DNA of 64,000 nucleotides from Squalus acanthias (Eukaryota). Every line of letters begins with the position of its first letter. Positions within the stretch are counted from its first letter, which is position 1. The notes under the pieces are model-generated. The model was not told the origin of the DNA and made no database searches. It worked only from the letters and a program-made list of their open reading frames with translations. This document shows positions 38,048 through 49,777 of the stretch, one piece after another. The translations under genes were made by a program, and so were the position numbers. Location of the stretch: the NCBI GenBank assembly GCA_030390025.1, contig CM059432.1, forward strand, positions 149,112,001 through 149,176,000, written 5' to 3'.

Positions 38048-38988
38048 CACAAGTCTTACTGGTTTGGCAATGGAAATACCTGAATTTCTGATATGTTTCT
38101 TTGGCAGGGATTAGTAAATAAGGGCATGTCTTGTCGTCTATGTAATAGTAAAGTCGTGACCTGTTCCAGAGTTATAAAGAAGGGCGTGCACCAAAACCAA
38201 ACCATTAATCATGGAAAAAAATCATTCAGTTTGCGCCTCGTCTTATTTTCTGTGCCATGTAAATTAAAACATATATGGGAAGGTGAGCAGTGGAGTAGTC
38301 TCTGATACTGGAAATTGTGCGTGTGCGCGTGTCATTTTATAGGCCAACTACATAAACTATGGTAACTAAATTCAGTGTTTCAAATTGGGAGAAGATAATG
38401 GAGATCATTACACAAAAATGTGCTTCATCTTTGATGGAAACGAACAATATTTTATTAAGTCACAGTTTGGATAATTGGCGTATACTTTGTTAATAAAGTG
38501 CACTGAATGTGTCTGGCACCGTTGGTGGTGTGCCAACTGCTCTGATGGAGAGGAATGAAAGCCTGTTTGGCTAACATTCATACAGCTGGGATAAAATAGC
38601 ACCTGTGTGTTTTCACCCTGCTTCTTTCAATCCAAGCAGTTTCTGGAGGCTCAGTGAAAACTTGTTGAAATCACCTCTTGGGACAGAATGCATTTCTGTT
38701 CAAAGGTAAACCTGCACAGAGCCTTTTAAAAGGCTTAGGTTCTCCAACCTTCAAGAAATAAGATTGTCAATAATCTTGCCTGCACCGGTTTTCCATACCT
38801 GACTACAATCAAAATATATCAAACTCCAAAATGCATTAGTTCAACAAAGAATTTTAAAAAAAATCTGAGTTTCCCAGATGATCCAAATTTCATAGTGCAG
38901 CTTAAAAATATGTTGCTTCGCAAGTGTATGTGTGCGTAGCTGCACCCAGTCCTGATTTTATAAGAGAATCCATATTTTGCAATACTTC

Positions 38989-39251
38989 ACAAAAGCAAAA
39001 TACTGCGGATGCTGGAAATCTGAAATAAAAACAGAAAATGCTGGAAATACTCAGCAGGTCAGGCAGAATCTGTGGAGAGAGAAACAGAGTTAACGTTTCA
39101 GGTTCGATGACCTTTCGTCAGAACTGGAAAGATGAAAACATAGCTCTAACTTTTCCAGTTCTGATGAAAGGTCATCGACCTGAAACGTTAACTCTGTTTT
39201 TCTCTCCACAGATGCTGCCTGACCTGCTGAGTATTTCCAGCACTTGGTTTT
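38989..39251. mobile_element. Inverted Penelope terminal-repeat pair with a hammerhead motif on each strand
   Basis: About 90-bp arms (39039-39130 and 39152-39242) with about 21 nt spacer; cores at 39089-39121 (-) and 39161-39192 (+); 16-bp TSD tattttgcaatacttc at 38973-38988 and 39252-39267. Confidence 0.9.
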
Positions 39252-42200
39252 TATTTTGCAATACTTCTGTGTGTGTGTGTATATAAAACTGATTTCCAAC
39301 TATTTGGATTGTTTTTCTATTGTAGCAATAAAAATCAAGGCTGTCCTCAGTGGAGTTGGAATGCAGTCTTAAAATAAAAAAATAAAATCCAAAGCTGCCT
39401 ATGATCTGGAATAATATCACTCCTTCCCTGCCACCATCTCCAAACTGGATCCAAGATCGTTTAGGGTAAAATGAGGTTTGTGTTATGAAATGATTGGTGA
39501 TACTGATGTGATTTTATGTGGTTCTGACTCTCGTTTTATCACGAGTACTGTACAGTAATACTGACCAACTGCTTGTTTTTTTGCATTCACAGTTCGTTCT
39601 TGAAGTCTAAATTTGACTCATTTCTTGTTTTGAATTATTTGGACTACAATTGGGCAATTCCTGTATGTTCTCATATTGGTTGGATTTATTGCAGTTTGTT
39701 AATTTGCCAACTCATTTACAATCCTGGCTTTATTTGAAATACATTTTACATTGGACAAAAAAAGTTGCCACTACATTAGTTGGCTGAATGACACATCTTG
39801 CTGCTGTGTTCTTTGATTGCATAACTATTGATGCCTCATAATGGGAAATGCAGTGCATTGCTCTCCCTTGTGTGCTAAATATTTAAATCCGGTACTGCCC
39901 ATGTCCGTACATGTACATGTTCTGGATCTGTTGGTCTGATTAGTTTTTCAAAGGACTCTGAATACTTGCTTCCTTGAACCAGAAAATGTAACTGAAATCT
40001 TCATTTTATTAGAGGCATTGAACACTTTTAGGAAGATTAATCTGTTGTAGTCTCCTTTTCTTAATTGCTGTAAACTGCTCCCCGTCATTTCTCATTCCTC
40101 GGGTCATAGAATTCTGTAGTTGTTTGTTGAGCATTTATTTTTGTGTTGAGAAAATAAAAATTGGAAGGGAGTGTCTTCCTCTTCTCCCTCCTCCTCCCCC
40201 CCCCCGGTTACACGAGTGTGTGTGCATTCTGACTATTAAGAGTTGTATACCGCAGTTTATTAATGACTTTTTAGGGTGAATTTTTGTGCTGAAGATGAGG
40301 TTGGTTAGTAGTGGGGAATCAATTACTTCCTATTTTGAGCCCCCATTGTTTTAGAACATTTCCCAAATTAGGTTATAGCACCATTCAATATAGAATAAAG
40401 CTCCCTCTACTCTGCCCCAACATTAGATGAGCATCCACTGCTGCACAGGTGTGGTAACTTTCCATTTTGCATGCTAGTTATTCTGTGGCCGCTCAGAATG
40501 AGTGGCTAATTGGGCTCAGTTTTGTGCTGTCAGCCCATGCCAGCTTGGAATTGGCTTGAGACAGCTGAAATTCCTTTCCTGTAGAACTCTTATAGTCAGC
40601 AGACAGACTGACATGGTTGAAAGTCTCTTCTAACGGCTCCACCACCCAGTCTCACTGTTTTTTAAAAGTTATAATTAGAATATGGCACATTATGTACAGT
40701 GCAGGTCTAATTGTTAAACTTGGAATGTAAGTATAGTGTACGATTAATGAGATGCACGCAAAAATCACCTATCAGCCAAGATGACTGTTTTTAATTTGCA
40801 GCTCATGGGCAGAGCGTGATTTGTGTTAGGGTGTTGCCCTCCGATTGCCAGCTCTCCCCTTGCAGTAACAGGTTGTAAAAGCTCTGAAAGTGAGCTTCTA
40901 TTGCCTAAATAAAGATAATGGCAGAATCTTTTGAAAAGGGATCAATCTACAAATTCAGAAATGTATTTTTTTTTCCCAATTGTGCAAAGTTCCAATTCTT
41001 GTGCAGCTTGGAACCCTAATGTACTGTTGGCATAGTGTGTGTAGCTATAAACCTTTTTTGATCAATACTGAATTATGAAGTGGTTCAAAAAAATTGTGCT
41101 GAGAAAAGCCAAAGGTGACGCTGCCAGTGATTGTCAATCAAGCAGGCGCTGCATTTGACATGCAGCCCCATTAAATATCAGTGGAAGAATGCACAACAGA
41201 AATGATGCAACTTTTTTTGTTCCATATTAAAAATCAAGCATTAAATCCACTCTTTTTCCTTTTTAACTCTCTGGAATCTGGCAGTATTTCCCTGCTGTGG
41301 GCCTATTAATGTATAGAACTACAGCCCTTCTTCAAAAATATGCATATGGCATTAATTACTATGATGAGACTTGTTTCTTTACAAGTGCCTATGTTGCCCA
41401 TAGGGGTGCAGTTTATGCAGCAACTGTGACACTTTGACACCTACCTGTGACCCTCAGTTGGAAAAAATATCCTGGTTGCTCAGGTAACTTAAATAACTGG
41501 TAAATATTAGTGGTATATGCATGCTATAAAAATTGTTTGACTGGATATTGGTAATTTTGGTGTGGCCATAATTGACTGATGCTGACTGTCTGTTGGGCCA
41601 TGAGTGATTGATTTGCCATCAATATAGGACCAATTATACGATGGAAACCTGAACCCTCAAAGTAAATTGGCAAACCTCCAGTTAACCTGTTCAATACCAT
41701 TAGGTCTTTTTCTTTGTACTGTGGGTGCGCATAATATCTGCTACTTCAAGATGTACCTTTTACATTTAGCATTTTTTATCGAACTTGCAGACTGTACCTA
41801 ATTGGTTTCCAGTCACTAGAGCTCAGTCCTGCCAGTGCAACTATGACTATGCTACAGTTACCTTCACACAGGAAGATAAGAACAGTGTTCAAATATAGCT
41901 GAACACTCTTGCATTGTTTATATTGGTGACTTCATCAGTGAGCCTTCTGGAATCATGTCGTTCAGTGCCATGCTACGGCTATTCACCAAGAGATCTTTGT
42001 AGCTTCTGAAATTGCTTTTGATGATTTGATCTGCGCACTGTTCATCTCCTGTACAGCTTTGGTCTAAGACTTGTGAAGAATGAGCTCTCATGAGAGCCCA
42101 GCACTGCTCACCTTGCACAAACTGAATTTGGAACAAGTGTCCAGACAAAACCTGAACTTGCTATCAAGTATTTGTTATTCTGAGCCTGTTAGTAGTTTAG

Positions 42201-42257
42201 GCAAAATAAATGTGATTCAAGTGGAATGTTTCTTTTTCTCTTACCCTCCCCTTTTAG

Positions 42258-42305
42258 ATTTATCGTTCATCTGCTAGAAAATGGGGAGAGATCCACCAAT
42301 GGATG
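42258..42305 (+). CDS. LRRFIP2: LRRFIP2 cassette exon IYRSSARKWGEIHQWM
   Basis: ccctccccttttag acceptor, gtacgg donor, 48 nt phase 0; matches the KWG.I..W exon (human LRRFIP2 YSLHSFDRKWGQIQKWL, recalled) at the expected position in the exon order. Confidence 0.88.
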
Positions 42306-42789
42306 GTACGGTGTCTGATGTTGGGTGCTGGTGTGCATTAATGCCTGATGGTTTAATTACTAACAAATACATTTTGATAAAGTGCACCTGTTTACTTGTA
42401 GTGAATTTGTCTGACTTAACAGGAATTTGTTTTAATCAGTCTAACAGATTGGCAATTCACGTAGGATACAGAATTCAAATGTTGCAATAACAAAGCGCTG
42501 TAAATGTGTGTAAACAAAACAAAATGAAAGCTTCCATGATACTGGCATGTCACTCAGTTCTGCTCTTGGGCACAAGGATTTTGCTTTCCGTTGTTAAGAT
42601 TATCTGATCTCCAGAAGATATGTTGGTGTGGAAGGATTAAGTTTGCCTGTTTGGGCAGGTAATTGAGATGTTTGCTGTTTGAATGCCCAACTCTTTTATA
42701 GATGCCTATAATATTTTAAAAACTTGAGCATGCAGTTACTAAAATATCAAGGCATGAGTGTATGTAACAGTATTCTTGGGTGCATTTCT

Positions 42790-44660
42790 AATAATCCTGA
42801 TTCCCATTGGTTGACGAGAACCTGTCTACTTCCTCTTGCAACCCATTCAGGGTTTTTTGTTCCACAACCTGTGCCAGTAATCTGCTCCACATACTTGCCA
42901 CCCTTTTACTAAAAAATAAAAGTTCTTCCTGCATTTCTTATTTTGTTTTGTTAATTTGTAAATATGACCTCTTGTGCTTAAACTCTCTATGCGCCAGAAA
43001 AGGTTACTTGAATCCAATTTGTCAAAACATTTCATAATTTTAAACACTTCTATCATTATCGCACCCCCCTCCCCCAGTCAGTCTTCTCTTTTCAAAAGAG
43101 AAAAGACCCAGGGTAGCCAATCTTTCCTCATATTTCTTTCTCTCAAATTCTGGGGATGGCCTTGTAGCCCTTCTCGAGACCCTCTACAACAACTGAACAT
43201 TCTTTTTCAAATAGGGAGAGCAAAACTGCAAGCAGTGCTCTAGATGTGGTCTTAGCAGGGCCAAATACAGTTTTAAAATAATCTCTGAATTTATATTATA
43301 CACCTCGTTATGCATCCAAACTTCTGTTTGTTTTTTTAACAGCCGAAGAACATTGATTCTGGAGATGAAGGGGTTGTCTTATGAAGAAAGGTTGAGCAGG
43401 TTGGGCCTACTCATTGGAGTTTAGAAGAATGAGAGAGGACCTTATTGAAACATATAAGATTCTGAAGGGGCTTTACAGGGTCGATGCAAGAGAGGATGTT
43501 TCCCCTCGTGGGGAATCTAGAACTAGGGGGCATAATTTCAGAATAAGGGGGCACCCATTTAAATCGGGAATGAGGAGGAATTTCTTCTCTCAGAGGGTCG
43601 TGAATCTTTGGAATGCTCTTTCCCAGAGAGCTGTGGAGGCTGGGTCATTGAATATATTTAAGGTGGAGATAGACAGATTTTTGAACAATAAGGGAGTCAA
43701 GGGTTATGGGGAGCGGGCAGGGAAGTGGAGTTGAGGCCAAGAAATGATCAGCCATGATCTTATTGAATGGCAGAGCAGGCTCGAGGGGCCAAATGACCTC
43801 CTCCTGCTCCTACGTCTTATGTTCTTCTGTGCAGATTGTTTTAGTGACCTAACTACTATAACCCTAAGATCTCTCTCCTGCTCGGATACCTCAAGTCCAT
43901 TCTGATTTAGCATGAACCTTCCCTCTGTGACATCTCGTAACATTACATTTGCCTGTATTAAATTGCATCTCCCATTTCTCCGCCCATAGATCCAGCTTGT
44001 CGTGAGCATTGATATTCATCATTTGCCATTCCTCTCAGTTTGGTATCGTCTGTAAATTTTGGACACAATTTTTATAAATGATTTAGAGGAAGGAATTAAC
44101 AGCAGCCCCAACACGGACCCTTGTGGCACTCCAACAAGATACCTGCCAATGCACGAATACTCATTGTTGTCTACCAACCAACCATTTGCCAATTCATTTT
44201 AATAGATTCTTATCTATCCCATGGGCATGGACCTTATTTAGTAGCCTATTATGTGGGACAGAGTCACATGCCTTGCTGAAATCCAAGTAGATCGCATTCA
44301 CTGTCTCTTCCCCCATCTACTAGCTCTGTCATCTCCTCAAAAGAAATCCAATAAATTAGTCAAGCATAACCTCCTCCTAAAACCTTACTGACTGTCTCGG
44401 ATTAGTTCATGCCCCTCAAGATGCTCCCTTGTATCCTCCTTCATACTTCCAAAAACTTTCCCAACAATGAAATTAAGGCTTACAGGTCTATAATTTGATG
44501 GTTTATCACTTGCCCCCTTTCTTTTTGAAGATGGGAAATCACATTTGCTATTTGCCTGTCTCCTGGTAAGTTGTCTGAGTCCAGTGAACTCTGAAAAATA
44601 TCTGCAGGAGGACTCAATTGTTTGAGCCAATTCCTCAGAACCCTGGGATGGAAGTTGTCT
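42790..44660 (-). mobile_element. Old decayed CR1 RT on the minus strand, interrupted by a + CR1 at about 43355-43825
   Basis: KGASDKPSNYRPVSL..IRDSQ (44385-44630) and MIEVFKIMK..STRGH (42847-43056). Confidence 0.8.
43355..43825 (+). mobile_element. CR1 3' fragment nested in the older antisense CR1
   Basis: EFRRMREDLIETYKIL..FFSQRVVNLWN; standard 3' UTR and tail. Confidence 0.9.
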
Positions 44661-46167
44661 GAACTTTTCTTATGGATAGCTGTTGATGGAACTCAAAGGC
44701 TTGGCATAACTGCTGTTGAAGACATGTCCACGAGGCTGAGTGAGTACACATGCTCATATTATCAGGGTTTGGTGTCTACAGTAATGGGTTCCAGAGAGGC
44801 GAACAGTTGCTCTGCACCCTCGACTGGTAGAATGGAGTATGGATGCTGTCTATGTTGCCTTGAGACTTTCCTGCTGTGTTGTACTTCGTCCTCTGTTTGT
44901 ATGATCCCTCCCCCTTCTCTGTTCTCTTTGGGCTTGGAACCATATAATTTTTTTGTGTTTGTATTTGCCGTGATCTTGCCTGTTTTTGCCTCGATTAAAC
45001 AACTAAGCTGCACTTCAGAATATGGCCTGCAGTATAGTGCAGGCAGAGGGGATATTATGGCGCTCACACGATTCCCGCAAGAATGTCAGAGTCATAGTGG
45101 AAGTTCCCAAAGTGACTTCTCTCATTTTGCTGACAGCCTTATCAGTTCTATGTGGAGGGTGAGCTGAATTCAAGGAATGCGAGGAACCATACTACAGGCA
45201 GCTCATTTAATGCTCATGGTTTCTGAAACCACTGTGGCAGGTTCGTGTAATAGATTGGGTCGCATTATGTTCTTGAATTTAGGAATCTTTGCGAGCGAAG
45301 CTTGATGGCCAGTGTTCTTTAGCCAGCGGCTGCAGGCAGAAGCCCGAGTAGCACAACAAGGGTTTGCAAGGAATAAGCTCGCCTTCCAGTATTTATAGGG
45401 TCCGACTGGACTGGAAGTTAAATTTAGTTCTCAAAGAAGGAGTTGCTATTCAGCTGACAGTAATGAGTTTTCTGTTATTTATAGACCAGCCACAAAACTT
45501 CATCAAAACTTGCAGCAGAGATCAGCTTCTGGCATGTAAAAGTAATAATTTGGTCGATTTTTAAACTTGCTCTTGTGTGTAGGTCCCTGATTCAGTGCCG
45601 TGTATGTTAGTGACTTAGTTGATTTCAACCAGGGAAGAAATTGAGGTGCTAAAATTAGCCTCCATGCCCTTGGGGTTAGTGAGGTGAAAGGGAAATGTCT
45701 GCCAGGATCGCTAGTCCTGATTACTGTCCCTGCACACGTATAGGTGATGGCAGAATTGTGCTGGGCTGTAATGTCCTCCACAGTTGAATAGCCTGCAAAC
45801 TCTCACTGTCTCGGCTCACACATGAATCGCCATTTGAGCATGGTACTAAAGGGGTGGCAGTGCGTATGGAACAGCACCCCTGTAAGAGTCTGCACCTTGA
45901 GAAAGGGTGCATGGCAAATGAGTGTTTTAAAAAAAAAAGACCAAAAAGACACTCTCGTACACTTTCAGTTTTCTTTCTTTCTCATCTGAAGACATTGCCT
46001 TGTCTGGGTCTGGCTCTACTGTTGCCAGCAGCTTCCCAGTACCTTGCCGACTGGCCAGTGAGCATCACAAGACTATTTCACTCTTGAAGGCATCACAACT
46101 GAACCTGATCGTGTCTTTCATACTTGTATGTTTTCCTGCAGGAGTCCCTGCTACTGGATAGCAAGTA

Positions 46168-46845
46168 CATAGAATTTAAAGCACAGAAACAGGCCATTCA
46201 TCCCAACCAATCTATGCCATGAGCTCCTCTCACTCTATTTACTTCATCTCATCTTACTCCATCTCACCCTCAACATATTTTTCTATTTCTCCCTCATGTA
46301 CTTAACTACCCCTTAAATGCATCTATGCTATTCGCCTCATCCACTCCATGTGATAGCAAGTTCCACATTCTCAGCACTCTGAGTAAAGTAGTTCCTCCTG
46401 AATTCCTTATTGCATTTATCTTATATTTATGGTCCCTAGTTTTGGACCCCCACAAGTAGAAACATTTTCTCTATATCTAGCCTATCGAATCCCTTCATAA
46501 TTTTTAAGACGTCCATCAGGGCACCTCTGTCTTTTTTCCAGAGCGAAGAGCCCCAGCTGTTAAGTCTTTCCTGATATTTGTGCCCTCTCAGTTCTGGTAT
46601 CATCCTTGTAAATCTTTTTTACACTTTCTCCAGTGCTTCTATATCTTTTTTGTAATATCGTGACCAGAACTGTGCATGGTACTGTTAAATGTGGTCTAAC
46701 CAAGGTTCTATATAAGTTTAGCATAATTTTTCTGCTTTTGAATTCTAATCCTCTGGAATTGAACCCAAGTGCTTTTTTTTTAACCTGCTTAGCTGCTTTT
46801 AATGAGTTGTGTATCTGGACCCCTGGATCCCTCTGTTCCTCTAAA
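46168..46845 (-). mobile_element. Decayed CR1 3' fragment
   Basis: gaccagaactgtgca and tgtggtctaaccaagg are reverse-strand QFWS and LVRPH motifs; 3' motif acagaaacaggccattc. Confidence 0.75.
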
Positions 46846-47204
46846 TTAGGAATAGGAATCTGATTTTTCTTACCTGTCCCCTCTGAACTTTGTAAATTCC
46901 AGGAGTACTGAAAGCAATTATAGTGGCCCCACAGTTGCCTAAATTGAGATTGGTTAAATCAGCACAGATGGGGGATCAATTCTGGGAACTTTTTGTTTTA
47001 TATTGGCTCACTAATGCACCTACCAGTTTGTTCACCTCCTGGAAATTAGAGGAACAATTTTAAGTGTGTGTGTGTGAGACAGAGAGATGTGTATGTGTTC
47101 GTGCCTGTGAGCTGATCTTGTTTGTACTATACTGTGGAAGAGCCAAGTAGAGGCTAAGTAGTCCTCAACAGGAATGAAAAAGTTGAAGAAACAGTCTTGT
47201 GAAC

Positions 47205-47545
47205 ATTCCAGCCCCACAACCCTCAGATGTCGGCGCTCCTCTAAAGCTGGCCTCTCGAGTATCCCCGATTCTAATCGCTCCACCATTGGTGGCCGTGCCT
47301 TCAGCCACCAAGGCCCTAAGCTCTGGAATTCCCTCCCTAAACCTTTCAGCCTCTCTATCCCTCTTTCCTCCTTTTAAGAGGCTCTTTCAAACCTACCTCT
47401 TTGACCAAGCTTTTGCTCATCTGCCCTAATATCTCCTTGTGTGGCTTGATGTCAAATGTTCGATACCTTTCCTGTGAAACGCCTTTGGATGTTTTACTAT
47501 GTTAAAGGGGCTATATAAATACAAGTTGTTGTTGTTGTCGTTGTC
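47205..47545 (+). mobile_element. L2 LINE 3' end
   Basis: RSTIGGRAFSHQGPKLWNSLP; tail ctatataaatacaag(ttg)n. Confidence 0.82.
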
Positions 47546-47559
47546 GCCATCGTCATCTC

Positions 47560-48060
47560 CTTTTAATCTCGATATCTTTAGTCATCCAGGGAGCTCTAGC
47601 TTTGGATGTCCTTCCTTTTCCCCTCGTGGGAATTTGTCTACTCGCTACCTGAACCATCTCCACTTTGAAGGCCTCCCATTGTTCAGTTACTGTTTTGCCG
47701 ACCAATTTTTGATTCCAATCTACCTGGGCCAGATCCCTTTACAACTCACTGAAGTTAGTCCTCCTCCAGTTAAGTATTTTTACGCTTGATTGCACCTTGT
47801 CCTTTTCCATAACTATTCTAAACCTGTTCCCCAAATGCTCCCCCACTGAATCATGCTCCACTTGCCCCACTTCATTCCCCAGAACTGGATCCAGCACTGC
47901 TTCCTTTCTCGTTGGGCTGTAAATACACTGATCAAGAAAGTTCTCTTCTAGAGATTTAAGGAATTCCTCCCCCTCTTTGCCCATTTAACTGTTACTATCC
48001 CAGTCTTTTTCTGGATAATTGAAGCCCCCATTATCACTACTCTGTAGTTCTTGCATTTGC
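47560..48060 (-). mobile_element. CR1 endonuclease-region fragment
   Basis: EFLKSLEENFLDQ..PTRKEAVLD.VLGNE on the minus strand. Confidence 0.78.
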
Positions 48061-48439
48061 CAGCAATTAATGCAATTACATTGTCCCAGGGCTAAAGTTG
48101 TACTTTTCAGTCATAGCTTCAATCGAAAAAGTAGATTAAGTAAAAGAAAAGTATCCACTAGTTCAGGGTTAATTTTTACAAAACCTGAAGAGCATAATCA
48201 AGCTGTTAAGTTAATTGCTACTAATTAAATATCCAGATTAAGTTGACAAAATTTGTGCTGCAGATAGTCATTGTGTAGACAAAGTGCCGCAGTTAATTGG
48301 ATTTATTTTTGCTGTGCTGTGGAGTGGGCAATCCCTGGAGGGATTGTTTATGGAATTCAGGGGTTCTCCGATTTGACAATGGTTTATTTATTTTAGGCTA
48401 AGTGAATATAAAAAAAAAATTGAGCGCCAGAATTACCTT

Positions 48440-49273
48440 GGCCCGGATTTTGCGCTGGCAATGACGGTGAAAGTGTCAGCGTTTGCTGTCATTACACCTC
48501 TGAAACTGAGGGCAACTTTCAGGTTTTAGCGCTTGTGCAGATAAACGCGGAAGGTGGCTCACCACCCCCTTCTCAAGGGCAATTAGGGATGGGCAATAAA
48601 CAGCAACGCCCACATCCCATGAATGAACAAAAATCCTGAAGTTTGGGTCAGTCATTCCCTGCTCCGCCGCAGGTTGCGCTGTGGAACTCTCCAGAGCCGG
48701 CAATCAATTCAAATCACTTGAACTGACGAAAACTTCCCCTTTTATGATGGAATATCACTGTTAAAAAACCCCTAAAACTTTAAGCCTTGTTGAAAGAGGT
48801 GTAAATGGGTTTTTAATGGCGTACTGATTGCTAAACAACTGTTCTGGCCTTAAAAACTAATTTTATATTTGTGGAATGTCAAATTTTTCCATTGGTATGA
48901 TTAAGAATTACAGGTTTTTAAATAAAAAAAAATGTTTAAGTTTGTTTGATATTTCAGCTTCTACCTTAATCCAATGTGTATGCCCCAATCTTTATTTCGC
49001 TATCTCAAATTTCTTAAAAGTAAATTATAATCAGTGCATTTTACTTCCTGGTTTGCTGTCTGTGAGAATTCTTCAATGTGATTGGCTGCTTAGCCAACTT
49101 GATGATGTCACTGTTGCTGGATGCTGGTGATTAGCTTGATTTGACCCCAGATTCTAACTAAGGTTGGGTGAGCTGAAATTGACGCCACAGAGATCGCTAG
49201 ATCTTTGTGGGCAGCTTTCTTCGAGATCAGTGGTGAGCGCTATCGCTTTGCCACTGACAGCAAATTCCGGGCC
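48440..49273. mobile_element. Non-autonomous DNA transposon, same family as 22081-22835, with a nested LINE tail at about 48552-48632
   Basis: TIRs ggcccggattttgc / gcaaattccgggcc; nested piece matches the 3' end at 18110-18205. Confidence 0.8.
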
Positions 49274-49520
49274 ACTGTGTTTTAACAGCCACTCTGTGCT
49301 AACCCCATAAACCACAACTCTCTGTACGGGCTGTTCTTCACTGTGCCTCTGCTCTGCAAAAAATAACACCTCATACCTTGTGCATGTTTTTTAAAGAAAT
49401 GCATTTTTCTTGATGTCTTTTGAACATAATGAACTTGTGCACCACTTGGGAGGTATGATACGGGTCGGTGCTGCTGTTTGGTATGTTCATCTGTGTTTCT
49501 GTTCGCTGTCTTCCTCCCAG

Positions 49521-49571
49521 GAGAATACAGAGCGTGCCAAGCATTCTTACAGACCTAGTCGACATCACCTG
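49521..49571 (+). CDS. LRRFIP2: LRRFIP2 cassette exon ENTERAKHSYRPSRHHL
   Basis: tcttcctcccag acceptor, gtttgt donor, 51 nt phase 0; aligns with human EDSERARYSHRSSHHRP (recalled). Confidence 0.88.
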
Positions 49572-49729
49572 GTTTGTAAACTGTCGTCTTTTTTTCTATT
49601 TTCATAGACTAACCAGCTCCATCCATTCTCACTTATTTTCCTTTTTATTGTAAACTGTCGTTTTTTTTTCTATTTTCATAGACTAACCAGCTCCATCCAT
49701 TCTCACTTATTTTCCTTTCTATTTATCAG

Positions 49730-49777
49730 ATAGCCAATGATGATGCCCTGTCTGTTCACAGCGCTAGCAGCCGAAGG
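49730..49777 (+). CDS. LRRFIP2: LRRFIP2 cassette exon IANDDALSVHSASSRR
   Basis: tttcctttctatttatcag acceptor, gttagt donor, 48 nt phase 0; aligns with human ..GVEDALSIRSVGSHR (recalled). Confidence 0.87.

Noticed and set aside
44622..45167. 181-aa plus and 101-aa minus ORFs
   Set aside because: Adjoin or overlap a decayed CR1; no domain or convincing splice signals
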